IMG/VR virus record: IMGVR_UViG_2643221950_000002
Span: 56,138 to 120,137 of that record
Source: a virus
Lineage: Duplodnaviria; Caudoviricetes
DNA length: 64,000 bases
Direction: 5' to 3' (one strand)
The notes beneath the pieces were generated by a model. That model was given only the letters and a program-made list of their open reading frames with translations, made no database searches and had not been told where the DNA came from. The position numbers were made by a program, and so were the translations under genes. This document shows positions 19,405-30,482 of this stretch, piece after piece (within the stretch, counting starts at the first letter, position 1; each line of letters opens with the position of its first letter).

Positions 19405-22400
19405 TGGCTAGTTATAAAAACTTCACTTCTAAAAATCACAAGAACAGTAACGACAGAAACGATATTTATGAATCCTCTTTCGAAACACCCTTAGAGCGCG
19501 ATGGTGAGAAAAACATCATCAGAAAAAACATTTCTAAATGGGCTGAGTTCACCTCGTTTATTCGCTTTTATCCAGATATATTTTACGATATGCTCAAACC
19601 TGATGTCGGCGGCATTGAACTGGATTTATATCAAAGAATAATGATGAGGACACTTAGTCGTTTCCCCCAAAATTATTTTTGTATTCCTCGTGGTGGATCA
19701 AAATGTGTTGCGGGAGATACGATCCTATTCACTGAAAATGGATTACTAGAAATTGGAGAACTATTCAACTACGAAAAAAAAGAATCTGAAGTTGAAAAAA
19801 TACATAAAATTTCGATGAAAAACAGATATGGTTTAATGGAAACTTCAATGGCTGGTATATCAAGCGGCCTCAAGAAAACGAAGAAAATAAAAACCCAAGA
19901 TGGTTATGACTTGGAAGCAAGTTTAAATCACCCGATATTAGTAATGTGTGAAGATGGACATTTAAGATACAAAGCCTCTAGTGAAATTAAAGTTGGTGAT
20001 TTATTACCGATTTCAAGAAACAATAATGTATTTGGCAATGAAACGAAGTTAAATGTAAATTTTGATGATTTCTTAGGTGGGTTTAGTAATCAAGGCAGAT
20101 GGCAAGTAGAAAGAAACAAATTCAATATTCCTGAGTACATTGATGAGCAATTAGCACTAATAATTGGGTATCTTCTTGGCGACGGTTGTTTAACGAGAAA
20201 CAATTTAATAGGTTTTACAAATGAAGACAAAGATATAATAAAAAATTACAAAGACTATTTTAACAACGTATTAGGTGTTGCGGTAAAGCAAAAAGATGAA
20301 ATCAATTATAATGTATTTGGTAAGCTCATTAGAGAATTTTTCAGACAATTGGGAATGGAAGAAAATGATGCTTTCGGGAAGGAAATACCTAAAATTATAC
20401 TGAAAGCACCTAAAAACATTGTCGCAAAAACAATACAAGGGCTTTTTGATACCGATGGATGTGTGACAAATAAAAGTGTTCAATTTTGCACTGCATCAGA
20501 AAAAATGAGCAAACAAGTCCAAATGTTACTTTTAAATTTCGGTATTATTTCTTTCAGAAAAAAGTATCTGAATAAAAAATACAATACTTATCATTATAAG
20601 ATCAACATTTCCACAAAGAATATTGATCTTTTTTTGCGAGAAATTGGTTTTAGTTGCTCAAGAAAACAAGAAAAACTTATTTCGATTTGCAGCAAAAATC
20701 GTAATCCGAATAAAGATGTAATCCCTTTTCAGCAAAATAACATTAGAGCCATTTATCCAAAAGGTGAAACTAGAGAAAAATTCTATCATGTACTAAAAGG
20801 ATCAAATGGGCTTACTTATGAGAAATTATCACTTTTATTAAATGAAAATGAGTGTTTTGTTAATAAAGATAGCGATGCATTCAATCATTTAATAGAGCTC
20901 TATGATTCTAATTACTATTTCACTAGTGTAATTGAAACAGAGTACTCAGAGGATTATGTGTATGACTTATATATGCCTTTAACAAACTCATTTATAAGTA
21001 ATGGGCTAGTTAGTCATAATACACTGACTCAAATAATGGTTGCTTATCATACTGCTATTTGCTTTCCTAACATTACATTGGCTATTACAGCTTCCACTAA
21101 AGAATCTGCGGTTAAGATTTGGAAAGAAAAACACGATGAGATTTTAAGGTTCTACCCTGCTATGGCTGACGAGATTAAAAGTGAGAACTTTTCCAAAGAC
21201 TCAGGTAGGGTAGAATTTCAAAATGGCGCTATCATTGACAACCTTGCAAACGCACAGTCCTCGAAAGGACTTCGTAGAAGAAGAGGTTCTTTGGAAGAAT
21301 CTGCATTGATTGATAAAGATTTGTACGATGATGCCATTGAACCTATTTTCAATATCCCTCGAACTACAATGACTGGTGAAATTGATCCAACTGAGCTCAA
21401 CGGTCAAATAAACCGCTTTTCCACTTCTGGTTACAAAAACTCCGATGAGTATGAAAAGATATTAACTATGGTTAAAGAAACTGGCGACCTTAAAGGTTCG
21501 TTTGTGTTCGGTTCTGATTGGAGAATACCAATTCATTTTGGTAGGCAGAAAATGTCGACTATTAATAAAGCCAGACAAGGAAACGTCACTCGTTTCAGAC
21601 AGAACTACTTGTGCGATTGGATCGGTGCGAGTGATGGAGCCCTCATTAACATCAGTAAACTCATTAAAGCTAGAACAATAACTCAGCCAGAGCTTTCGTG
21701 TCCTAAAGATAAGAACAAAAATTCCCTATTGAACGAATACGTCATAGGTGTCGATGTTGCGAGATCTGCAGCTGAATCCAACAATAAAACAGCAATTGTC
21801 GTTTTAAAGATTATTAGAAATAGCAATAATCTGATTAGACAAGTTCAAGTTGTAAATATAATTGAACCTCCTAACGGACTTAGTTTCAAGGAGCAGTCCA
21901 TAGTTGTTAAAAGAATTTTTAAAAATTATGGAGGTAATCAGGATTCTTCTCTCTCTAGAGTAAAGGCAGTTATTGTGGATGGAAACGGCGTGGGAAGTGG
22001 TTTAATAGATCGTCTTTTAGAAGATGTCACTGATCCAGAAACCAACGAAGAATTAGGATGTTGGGCTACGATAAATACTGACCAAAAACCTGACGTTCCT
22101 AATTCCCCGGAGATTGTTTACAATTTGAAATCTCAAGGTATTAACCAGGACATCATCACTCAATTTTTAGACTATGTAGAATCTGGTAAGTTGAAGCTGT
22201 TAAAGGCTTATGATGATATTAAAAACCAAAAAGGAATTTTAGATGATGTGATGATAGAAGCTGCGTGTATTCAAACACAGTTATTCATCGATGAAGTTGC
22301 CAACTTAAGAATTAAAAAAAATCAAAATTCTTTTAGTGTAGAGCAAGTGGTTAAACGAATAGATAAAGACAGGTACAGTGCTATAGCTTATGCATTATAT

Positions 22401-22469
22401 TATATTGCTTTATTTTTAGAAAAAGAGGAATCAAACGATGAATATTCGTTCGGGTTCTTTTTCAATTAA
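19404..22469 (+). CDS. yonF: Terminase large subunit with intein
   Basis: PRGGSK/T Walker A, LEES Walker B, GVDVAR and DKDRYSA nuclease motifs; 582 aa after splicing. Confidence 0.93.
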   Translation: MASYKNFTSKNHKNSNDRNDIYESSFETPLERDGEKNIIRKNISKWAEFTSFIRFYPDIFYDMLKPDVGGIELDLYQRIMMRTLSRFPQNYFCIPRGGSKCVAGDTILFTENGLLEIGELFNYEKKESEVEKIHKISMKNRYGLMETSMAGISSGLKKTKKIKTQDGYDLEASLNHPILVMCEDGHLRYKASSEIKVGDLLPISRNNNVFGNETKLNVNFDDFLGGFSNQGRWQVERNKFNIPEYIDEQLALIIGYLLGDGCLTRNNLIGFTNEDKDIIKNYKDYFNNVLGVAVKQKDEINYNVFGKLIREFFRQLGMEENDAFGKEIPKIILKAPKNIVAKTIQGLFDTDGCVTNKSVQFCTASEKMSKQVQMLLLNFGIISFRKKYLNKKYNTYHYKINISTKNIDLFLREIGFSCSRKQEKLISICSKNRNPNKDVIPFQQNNIRAIYPKGETREKFYHVLKGSNGLTYEKLSLLLNENECFVNKDSDAFNHLIELYDSNYYFTSVIETEYSEDYVYDLYMPLTNSFISNGLVSHNTLTQIMVAYHTAICFPNITLAITASTKESAVKIWKEKHDEILRFYPAMADEIKSENFSKDSGRVEFQNGAIIDNLANAQSSKGLRRRRGSLEESALIDKDLYDDAIEPIFNIPRTTMTGEIDPTELNGQINRFSTSGYKNSDEYEKILTMVKETGDLKGSFVFGSDWRIPIHFGRQKMSTINKARQGNVTRFRQNYLCDWIGASDGALINISKLIKARTITQPELSCPKDKNKNSLLNEYVIGVDVARSAAESNNKTAIVVLKIIRNSNNLIRQVQVVNIIEPPNGLSFKEQSIVVKRIFKNYGGNQDSSLSRVKAVIVDGNGVGSGLIDRLLEDVTDPETNEELGCWATINTDQKPDVPNSPEIVYNLKSQGINQDIITQFLDYVESGKLKLLKAYDDIKNQKGILDDVMIEAACIQTQLFIDEVANLRIKKNQNSFSVEQVVKRIDKDRYSAIAYALYYIALFLEKEESNDEYSFGFFFN
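19704..21020 (+). mobile_element. Intein with LAGLIDADG homing endonuclease (439 aa)
   Basis: Starts CVAGDT, block B SLNHPIL, GYLLGDG and GLFDTDG motifs, ends VSHN followed by Thr. Confidence 0.95.
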
Positions 22470-22484
22470 ACGATTGGAGGTGGA

Positions 22485-24026
22485 ATGTTGAAAAAGGAAA
22501 AAAGCGAGTCGTTTGAATTTAACACAGATTTATCATCCCCTATCCCCCTTTCTCTTTACTACTCTTCTTCTGTAAGCTCCTTCAATTACGAAAATGTTAA
22601 ATCATGGCTAAAAGACCACAATAGACACAATAAACAAATCAGAGAAACCTCAGAATATCTCTATAATTTAAATGGAATTTATCGAAATGTGATTGATTAT
22701 ATGGTTTCGCTCGTAACTTTGGATAGAGTTGTCTATGGAAATTCAAGTTCTCATGACAGTTTCGTTTCAGATAAGGCTGACTATACTAGAGCTCTTTCTA
22801 AGATAAACGATAAAGAAATTGCAAGAGATATCATTAGAAAGTTGAGTACTTATGGAACCTCTTTTCATTATTTTGAATCTTTCAGAGATGATCCCTTCCC
22901 TTCTACTCTAAGTGATCTTGAAATTGAAGGGATGACTGAAATCAATAACAGAGATGATTTTAATTGTTCTGTGTTAACTCTCCCTATTGACTATTGTAAA
23001 ATTGTTGGTCGGAAGAACTCATCTTATTTGGTTGCGTTTAATGTATCTTACTTTGATAAATTCACAGGTAACGGCAGATCCTTGAAACTTAAAAGGTGGC
23101 CGAAGGAGTTTAGACAAGGTTATGTCGAGTATAAAAAGGATTTGAATAAACGCTGGATTGTGTTAGACAACAATAGAACTATAGCGAACAAAGCTAGTGC
23201 AGGAATAGAAGATCAATGGGGTCGACCTATAGGATTAGCTGCATTTGTTGATATGGTTTATGATGATTATTTTGTTGATACGAAACGTAATATCTTAGAT
23301 GAGCTAAACAGTACCCTAATTTATCAAACGTTGCCTGAGGGTGAAAAAAAAGGTATTTCTTCCCTCTCTCAAACACAGCAAGAACAACAGCATATAAGCA
23401 TCAAAAATGCACTTAGCTCTAGAAATGGCTTAACTGGATATAAGTTTTTCTCATTGGCATCAGGAACTAAGTTAAATAAGCTTGAAACCAACGTTGATTT
23501 TCTGAAAGTTAAAGGTGAAGACGAATTAATTAAAAGGATATCAACTAACCTTGGCTTTGCAGGTTCCGCATTGAATGGTCAAGATGGAAACTACTCTTCT
23601 CAATCAACGAATATCGAAATGGTCTCCTCTCAAATATTCTCCTGGTTAGAACAAATCTCCAATGAATTCAACAAGGTAATAAACGCAAATATTATCAATA
23701 ATCCAAAATCATTTATTGAAGTTTATTATCTCCCTCTTACGCACGTTAACAGAAAAGAAAAAGTTCAAAACATGAAAGATTTGTACACCAGTGGTCGTGG
23801 AAGTTTGACTGCATGGATTGCAGCAACTGGTTGGAATCCTGATGCTTATATATCTTTAATGGAATACGAAAAACAAGAAAAATTTGATGAGAAATACCCA
23901 GTCCATGAAACATCATTCACGCTAAGCAAAGATAAAAAAGCTGGCGCTCCAGAAAAAGACTCGCACAACGAGAATACCATAAAATCTAAAACTAATAACA
24001 GTAACGGGACACCTTCGGGATCTTGA
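22485..24026 (+). CDS. yonE: Portal protein
   Basis: 513 aa, follows the terminase. Confidence 0.8.
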   Translation: MLKKEKSESFEFNTDLSSPIPLSLYYSSSVSSFNYENVKSWLKDHNRHNKQIRETSEYLYNLNGIYRNVIDYMVSLVTLDRVVYGNSSSHDSFVSDKADYTRALSKINDKEIARDIIRKLSTYGTSFHYFESFRDDPFPSTLSDLEIEGMTEINNRDDFNCSVLTLPIDYCKIVGRKNSSYLVAFNVSYFDKFTGNGRSLKLKRWPKEFRQGYVEYKKDLNKRWIVLDNNRTIANKASAGIEDQWGRPIGLAAFVDMVYDDYFVDTKRNILDELNSTLIYQTLPEGEKKGISSLSQTQQEQQHISIKNALSSRNGLTGYKFFSLASGTKLNKLETNVDFLKVKGEDELIKRISTNLGFAGSALNGQDGNYSSQSTNIEMVSSQIFSWLEQISNEFNKVINANIINNPKSFIEVYYLPLTHVNRKEKVQNMKDLYTSGRGSLTAWIAATGWNPDAYISLMEYEKQEKFDEKYPVHETSFTLSKDKKAGAPEKDSHNENTIKSKTNNSNGTPSGS

Positions 24027-24044
24027 AAGGAGGTGTAAATTTAT

Positions 24045-25184
24045 TTGAGAAGCGCAATTTTAGAAATTAACAATAGCAAAAAAGTTAATGGTAGGACTTA
24101 TTTGAAATGGGTAGTCCTTGAAATTCATGAGAACGATACCATATTTAATAAAAATGGTATCACGTGGTTGGAAAAGTACATTAAAGCTAACCTGGAGTCT
24201 ATTCAGGGAATGCCCCTTTGTGTTGAGTTTATTGATTATGAAAATAGCGAACCCTTCGGACATGGGCTAACTGAAATCAAAGACGGTACACCACTATTTG
24301 AGAATAGTGCAGTTGTAGGTGTTACAACTAATGGCTACATCGATTCTATTGAAGTGAATGGGCAACAAAAACGAGTGCTCATTGGCGAAGGCTACATTTA
24401 CAACCAGAGGTATCCTAAGTTTGTTCAGTGGCTGAAGTCGAAAATGTTTGATGGCGATTTTCCTGAGACATCTGTGGAAATATCAGCTGTTGAAGGAAAA
24501 ACGAATATTGAATATGAAGGTGGCTACAAAGAAGAAGGTCGTGTCCCTATGATCTTCGATTTTACTGGAGATGCGATACTAGGCGTTGATCCAGCGGATG
24601 ACTCAGCAGTGTTGTTAGAGCTAAATAGCAAAAATAAGGAGGATAAAATCTTGTCTAAAGAAAAAGAAGCACTTGTGGAACTTAACGAAAAACTTAAAGT
24701 GGATATCGAATCCCTGGAAGCTAAAGTTTCCGAATTAAATGAATTACTGACTAAAAAAACAAATGAACTTAATGCAGCAGTGCAAGCAGTTAAAGATGAG
24801 AAAGCTAAAACTGAGGCTAAAGATGAAGAAGTTAAAAAAGCTAAAGAGGACAAAGAAAAGGCTGATGCAGAAATTAACTCTTTAAAAGAATTTAAAAAAT
24901 CAGTTACAGAGGAAACTCTGAAAACAGAGTTGAACCAGCATCTTTCTCGGTATACAGAAGAAGAAAAATCTGTTGCCAAAGAGAAAATTGAGCTCTTCTC
25001 AACCTCCCCTACTGAGGAGTTAAAAACCCAAATCGTTTCAGAAATCAACTCTGCTATTGCACAATCTTACATTAGTCAAAGAATGAAACAAACTTCAAAT
25101 GAGATTAATAGCGTGAACGACATTTACTCAGAAATTAACGAAACTGGCAATGAAGCTTCTGTAACTATTGAGGAACTTTATTAA
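24045..25184 (+). CDS. yonD: Prohead protease/scaffold
   Basis: FGHG...TSVEI protease-like N-half and coiled-coil C-half. Confidence 0.7.
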   Translation: MRSAILEINNSKKVNGRTYLKWVVLEIHENDTIFNKNGITWLEKYIKANLESIQGMPLCVEFIDYENSEPFGHGLTEIKDGTPLFENSAVVGVTTNGYIDSIEVNGQQKRVLIGEGYIYNQRYPKFVQWLKSKMFDGDFPETSVEISAVEGKTNIEYEGGYKEEGRVPMIFDFTGDAILGVDPADDSAVLLELNSKNKEDKILSKEKEALVELNEKLKVDIESLEAKVSELNELLTKKTNELNAAVQAVKDEKAKTEAKDEEVKKAKEDKEKADAEINSLKEFKKSVTEETLKTELNQHLSRYTEEEKSVAKEKIELFSTSPTEELKTQIVSEINSAIAQSYISQRMKQTSNEINSVNDIYSEINETGNEASVTIEELY

Positions 25185-25218
25185 TAAAATAAGACTTTTA
25201 TAGAAAAGAGGAAATTGA

Positions 25219-25683
25219 ATGTTTAAATTCGGTACGATTGGCGCTTTTAAACAAGTGCAAAATAATCCAAGATGTAAAGCTACAAAAGATTTGGTTCCTG
25301 GTTATGTAGTCTTACCAGATGATTCTACAGGACTAGCCCCTACTCCTTCATCTGCAGCTGCTGCTAAAGGAGATGTTTATGTTGTAGGCAACATTATCGA
25401 CAAACCTGAGATTCGAAATAAAGCTGATTTCAAGGTTTTGAAAGATGAGTTTGTAAGAGCTTTTCGATTAGCGGATTGCGTTGGCTTGCCTATTGAACTT
25501 AGCCAGGATACTGTGGTTGACTTCGAAAACATTGTTAAAAACGATGTTTTAGTCTCTGCTTCAGATGGCTCAGGAAAATGGGTTAAATCTGATGGTACAG
25601 ATGATGAATATAAAGTAAAACTTAAAGTGCTTGAAAATACAACATTCGGTGGCAATGGACTTTATCTTACGGTTCAGGGCTAA
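25219..25683 (+). CDS. yonC: Head decoration-like protein
   Basis: 154 aa between the scaffold and capsid genes. Confidence 0.55.
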   Translation: MFKFGTIGAFKQVQNNPRCKATKDLVPGYVVLPDDSTGLAPTPSSAAAAKGDVYVVGNIIDKPEIRNKADFKVLKDEFVRAFRLADCVGLPIELSQDTVVDFENIVKNDVLVSASDGSGKWVKSDGTDDEYKVKLKVLENTTFGGNGLYLTVQG

Positions 25684-25707
25684 TTCTATCGCTGGAGGAA
25701 TTAAATA

Positions 25708-26814
25708 ATGAAAATTGAATTAAACAACGCAAGACGTGATTCTGATGTTTTTGCACATACTAAATTAAATACTAAGTCTCCAATTGTAGAAATCTTTTCT
25801 GCAGTTGCAACTGGTAAAGATTTATCTAAATTTAATGGCGCTAAAGTTGATGCTGCTATGAAGCACGTCAAAAATTTAGGAGACCAAGCTCTGGCTGGTA
25901 ATCCAGTTGCTAAAGCTGAGATCAATCAAATTGTAAGATTTGCAATTGAACCTAAGTTAATTTCAGCTTTAAAATTGTTCGATTTCATGGGTAATTTTAA
26001 ACCAATCGGCTATGATGAACAGCCTATGATGACGACATATGCACATGAGTCGATTAGAAGTGGTTTTCAAGCTTCTCGTGGTGATGTTCCATTCGCAACT
26101 ACAGCTTGGAGAGAATACCCGATTGCTACTCAAACCATTTCATCCGGTTACGCAGTAAACTACCGTGAAATTATGAGTGGTAATCTCGACAAGGTCGCTG
26201 AAGGCATGGATCAAGTTCAAATCGACATGATGAATAAGGCGATGTATTACGTAGTAAATGAAATGTTTAATGCTATCAAAAAGGCTAAAGGCGTAAAATA
26301 TTTCTCTGAAAGCCCTGGTATTGCTAAGAGTGCTGTGGATGACACGATTAAGAAGATTCGTAGATTTGGACAACCTTCAATTGTAGGAGACTATTCAGTT
26401 GTTTCGCAGTTAAATGATTTCGCAGGATACCAAGCTGTGGCTGGAGATGCTTCAAGCACAAAATTGCCTGAGTCAGTTATGGATGAGATCAGAAAAACTG
26501 GTTTACTGAGTACATACAAAGGATCTTCTATTGTCGAGCTTCCAAACAGCTACAATCTGACAGAGCTAAATAAAGCTAAGGACAACTTCAAAACTTATCT
26601 TCCAGAAGGCCTCCTCTTCTTCATTCCTCAAGGTGCTAAATCACCACTGCAAGTGTTCCAAAAAGGCGGAATCTCAACTATGACAGGTAATGATGTGGTC
26701 ACTGGTACTGAAATCACTCGTTTTGATTTGGAACTAGGTGCTGGAGTTGCTGAAGGCATGGAACATCAAATCGGCTTAATCCGAGATGAAAATTTCGAAA
26801 TCACACCAGAGTAA
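25708..26814 (+). CDS. yonB: Major capsid protein
   Basis: 368 aa; position and strong RBS; followed by a hairpin. Confidence 0.75.
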   Translation: MKIELNNARRDSDVFAHTKLNTKSPIVEIFSAVATGKDLSKFNGAKVDAAMKHVKNLGDQALAGNPVAKAEINQIVRFAIEPKLISALKLFDFMGNFKPIGYDEQPMMTTYAHESIRSGFQASRGDVPFATTAWREYPIATQTISSGYAVNYREIMSGNLDKVAEGMDQVQIDMMNKAMYYVVNEMFNAIKKAKGVKYFSESPGIAKSAVDDTIKKIRRFGQPSIVGDYSVVSQLNDFAGYQAVAGDASSTKLPESVMDEIRKTGLLSTYKGSSIVELPNSYNLTELNKAKDNFKTYLPEGLLFFIPQGAKSPLQVFQKGGISTMTGNDVVTGTEITRFDLELGAGVAEGMEHQIGLIRDENFEITPE

Positions 26815-26861
26815 TATTTAATATGGAGGGCATTGTCCCTCCTTAAACACGGAGGGATATA

Positions 26862-27323
26862 ATGTCAATCGATTTAGATAAGAAAATTAAAATCAAAAAC
26901 TTGTGTTCTTGGGATTTGTACTTCAAAAAATTTGAGTCTAATGGAGATTTCAAACTTCCTGCTAACGGAGTAAGACAAATTACTGTAGCTGAAGTTCAGT
27001 CCCAAGTTTATGATAATGTGAAAATGTTTGCTGGAACTGATGGGGTTGGATCTCACGCTAAGATTTATATTGACGACAAAGAAACTAGAGTTCATTTAGG
27101 ATTTGAAAGTGACGATACTACTCAAAATGTTATTGATCAGGAAACGATTAAAAAGATTTTAACTCTTAAGACTCAAAAATCATTTGAAGACAATGTGAAA
27201 AAATCTATTAAGTTAGATTCTGAAAAAGCCCAACTATTTGAAGTTGCAAAGGATTCTAAGATCAATGATCATAGCAAAATTAAGTTCATTGAGGAATACA
27301 CTGGCTTTAAGTTTGATGCATAA
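26862..27323 (+). CDS. yonA: YonA-like virion protein
   Basis: 153 aa; synteny. Confidence 0.6.
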   Translation: MSIDLDKKIKIKNLCSWDLYFKKFESNGDFKLPANGVRQITVAEVQSQVYDNVKMFAGTDGVGSHAKIYIDDKETRVHLGFESDDTTQNVIDQETIKKILTLKTQKSFEDNVKKSIKLDSEKAQLFEVAKDSKINDHSKIKFIEEYTGFKFDA

Positions 27324-27333
27324 GGGATAGATT

Positions 27334-27723
27334 ATGATGGCTGGATATGAAGATGTATTAAATTCATTTCATTCAAAATTTCAATCAAATGAAGTAGTTC
27401 CAGAAGGACTAGAGAAACAATTTTTCATTGAAGCGTTAGCTTCGTATGAGCTTGATCTCGAGCCGCTTAAGTACGATGAATCTACAGAAGAGTTCAGTGA
27501 AGTTATGTCTAGACCAAAAATTAAACTACTTGGGCTGCTTATGTACAAACAACATTTAGGGCGATATAGAGATCGAGCTTTAAAGTTGAACAATGTGATT
27601 GGTAGAGACATTCAATTAACAGGCTTGGCGAATACTAAAGCTCAAGTAAATAGAGCATACGAAGATTTGTCTGATGAAATAGATGCTTTATTACACAAGC
27701 TTAAAACAAATAATTTTGAATGA
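27334..27723 (+). CDS. yomZ: Head-tail adaptor-like protein
   Basis: 129 aa; synteny. Confidence 0.55.
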   Translation: MMAGYEDVLNSFHSKFQSNEVVPEGLEKQFFIEALASYELDLEPLKYDESTEEFSEVMSRPKIKLLGLLMYKQHLGRYRDRALKLNNVIGRDIQLTGLANTKAQVNRAYEDLSDEIDALLHKLKTNNFE

Positions 27724-27732
27724 GGTGCTTAA

Positions 27733-28395
27733 ATGTCTAAAGATTGGTATTTGAGTTCTTCTTCAAACTATTTGAGTGGATGGGAGAACGAAGAGTTTTC
27801 TGCAAATAAATATGAGATATTCAAAGAGATATTAGCAAACTCTCCAGAAACTTATAGTGTTTTATTAAACGATAAGCCTGTTGATGTTATTATCCAAACA
27901 ACTCAAGATAGTGAAGTTAAAAAAGTTATAACAGTTTTGGGGTTGTTGAATCGTGGCGATCTTATCTTGTACGACAGTTCTTATTGGCTGGTTAATTCTC
28001 GACCAACTGATAATAAAATGAATGATAGCGCAACTATGAAACAATGCAACAGCTCAATCAAACTATCGACAGGTGACATACAGGTTGACACGGGCAAAAT
28101 AAATGAAATCACTGGGCAGCCGATTAAAAAACTTGTTCCTGGTGAAAGTATTGAAATCCCTTGTGTATTTGAGAGAACTGTTTCAGTTAACAGCTCTGAT
28201 CAACCGATCAATCTTCCTGATGGTCAAGCTCACATCACTCTCCCCTACTCTACTAATCCTCAGTTAAAAATTGGGTTAAAAACGCAATTTTATTCAGAAG
28301 AGTATATTGTTCACGATATTGATTATTCAAAAGTAATTGATGGTGTGGGCACCATTAAACTCATCGCAAAAAAGAAAGTCAGTGATAACAAATGA
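27733..28395 (+). CDS. yomX: Head closure-like protein
   Basis: 220 aa; synteny. Confidence 0.55.
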   Translation: MSKDWYLSSSSNYLSGWENEEFSANKYEIFKEILANSPETYSVLLNDKPVDVIIQTTQDSEVKKVITVLGLLNRGDLILYDSSYWLVNSRPTDNKMNDSATMKQCNSSIKLSTGDIQVDTGKINEITGQPIKKLVPGESIEIPCVFERTVSVNSSDQPINLPDGQAHITLPYSTNPQLKIGLKTQFYSEEYIVHDIDYSKVIDGVGTIKLIAKKKVSDNK

Positions 28396-28916
28396 GTATG
28401 ATGGTACAACATATAACGGACATTTTTAGAGAAATAATGAATGACAGAGATGTTAATCGGCTCCTCTATTATAAAGATGATCCCCTTTCACCCGATCTTC
28501 CTGATGTCCAAAGTTTGGATAACTATTATGAACCTGCTATCGAAGAAGATAGAGGTCTCACTCTCCCACCTATCTATTCTAATTTGTTTAAACGTGCACC
28601 TAAAACAGATGATCTTAACTCTCAACCAATCTGTAGAGTATGTATATATTTAGGCTCTGGAATCCCCAAAAGCCCAAATGAAAGCTATAAACTCCTAAAC
28701 CAAGACATTATGATCGACGTTTACACACATATAGACACATTTGAGGAAACTGAATTCAGGAACACAAAGATATCTGATAGGATTTGCAACCTTTTATTCG
28801 AAAAGAACATAACTGGCTTCGGATCAATGATTACATACAAGAGATTGCTTATTCCTAATCCGCCTGATGGCCATCTTGGATACAAACTGATTTTCACGTT
28901 TGGAGCTTCTAAATGA
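28392..28916 (+). CDS. yomW: Tail completion-like protein
   Basis: 174 aa; ATGA overlap; synteny. Confidence 0.55.
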   Translation: MSMMVQHITDIFREIMNDRDVNRLLYYKDDPLSPDLPDVQSLDNYYEPAIEEDRGLTLPPIYSNLFKRAPKTDDLNSQPICRVCIYLGSGIPKSPNESYKLLNQDIMIDVYTHIDTFEETEFRNTKISDRICNLLFEKNITGFGSMITYKRLLIPNPPDGHLGYKLIFTFGASK

Positions 28917-29623
28917 TTAGCAACAAGGATTTTTTCTTTTTGGGAGATTCGGTGATGACCGAAATTGGTGAAATATCATTTATCAAGCTGAGAGATTATC
29001 CTAATTATGTGCATTATTTAAATGCTATTAAGATGTCGAAAAAAGAAATCGTTAGAGAGTATGAAAAATTAAACGAAGCTGAGAACTTGAATGAGCTAAT
29101 TATAGAGCTTAAGCGTAGCAGCTTATTTAATATTGTAAATCATATCCTTCCTGATTTTAGTGAGGCCTATCATAAAGTTTTCGAGAAGATATTTGTTGAT
29201 AAAGAAAGATTATCTGAAATTAACCCAAACAATTTTAACAGTTTAAGAAAACTGGTGCTTGATATGCATTGTCTATCCGAAGAGAAGATATCAACCAATG
29301 AAGAAATACAAGAATTTGACGATTTGGCCAAAATGTTAAAGCGGCAAGACAGTCAAAATGACCTTAAAGATATTGTTAGTTGCGTGGCTGCCTTTAATGG
29401 GTACACATACAGCGAAATAGCTGACATGACTGTTTATCAATTGCAACTAAGCTTCTACAGAATGGCAGAGATTATGAATTACAATACCACAACGTTATTC
29501 GCAACGGTTTCTTCTGAAGCTAAGATTAACGACTGGAGTAAATCAATTGATCTTTATAAAGAAGATTCATATCATCTCAACGCAAAAGAAGCAAAAAATT
29601 TAGAAAAACTATTTGGAGACTGA
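28913..29623 (+). CDS. yomV: YomV-like protein
   Basis: 236 aa; YTYSEIADMTVYQL tail-chaperone-like motif. Confidence 0.6.
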   Translation: MISNKDFFFLGDSVMTEIGEISFIKLRDYPNYVHYLNAIKMSKKEIVREYEKLNEAENLNELIIELKRSSLFNIVNHILPDFSEAYHKVFEKIFVDKERLSEINPNNFNSLRKLVLDMHCLSEEKISTNEEIQEFDDLAKMLKRQDSQNDLKDIVSCVAAFNGYTYSEIADMTVYQLQLSFYRMAEIMNYNTTTLFATVSSEAKINDWSKSIDLYKEDSYHLNAKEAKNLEKLFGD

Positions 29624-29655
29624 TAAAGTCTCTTTTTTTATTAGGAGGAAAACTT

Positions 29656-30432
29656 TTGAGCAAACAAACAGTAATCCATGAAGTTGGAAAAATCACTGTT
29701 CGCAGAATTAGCGATAAGAAAGTTATCGGTAGCTCTGTGACACAAATGACTCAGTTCACACAACAAGTTCAGCAGGACTTTTTAAAGGGTGGCTGGGGCA
29801 ATAGAGACTTATACGTAATTAACTCAAGCAAAGAGGTTTCAGGTAACGTCAGAAACGCATTCTTTGATCTTGATTTCATGGCAATGCAACAAGGAGTTAA
29901 AATTGAAAATGAGGCCATTTCTGTATGGGAAGATGAAAATTTAACTGTCTCTGAAACTAATACCGTTAAATTAAGCTATATTCCGATTTCTGAAGTTACT
30001 CTTACAAATGAAGACGGCGAACATTTGAATGTCTCAACAACTTCTACTGAAGTTGCAGTCCCTGAGCAATTTGCTAAAAAAGAAGCTGTAATCACAGTGT
30101 TCTATCAAATTGAAGTAGATGCTGAAACTGTGGAAATCAGTGGTGAAAAATTCTCTGAGAACTATGAATTTGAAATCCATACAATTGAGTACGATCCTAA
30201 GACATCTAAAGTTTACAGTGATCTATATATTCAATTACCTAAAGTCAATTTCTCTGGAGAAGCTGATATTTCACTGGAAGCAGGTCAAGCTTATACTCCA
30301 GAAATCGGATACCGAGCTTTGGCGGATGAAAATGGAAAAATCGGTAAGTTTTCACGTGTGAAAAGAAATGCTGATGGATCTAAAGGTATCGTAAAAGACG
30401 ATCAAACAACTCCTCCAGTAGACGGAGAATAA
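29656..30432 (+). CDS. yomU: Major tail tube protein
   Basis: 258 aa; AGGAGG RBS; followed by a terminator. Confidence 0.65.
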   Translation: MSKQTVIHEVGKITVRRISDKKVIGSSVTQMTQFTQQVQQDFLKGGWGNRDLYVINSSKEVSGNVRNAFFDLDFMAMQQGVKIENEAISVWEDENLTVSETNTVKLSYIPISEVTLTNEDGEHLNVSTTSTEVAVPEQFAKKEAVITVFYQIEVDAETVEISGEKFSENYEFEIHTIEYDPKTSKVYSDLYIQLPKVNFSGEADISLEAGQAYTPEIGYRALADENGKIGKFSRVKRNADGSKGIVKDDQTTPPVDGE

Positions 30433-30450
30433 GTAGATTTTTGATTAACT

Positions 30451-30476
30451 GAGGAGGTCTCCCCTCCTCTTTTTAT
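30451..30476 (+). terminator. Intrinsic terminator
   Basis: GAGGAGG-tctcc-CCTCCTC followed by TTTTT. Confidence 0.7.
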
Positions 30477-30482
30477 TAAGGA

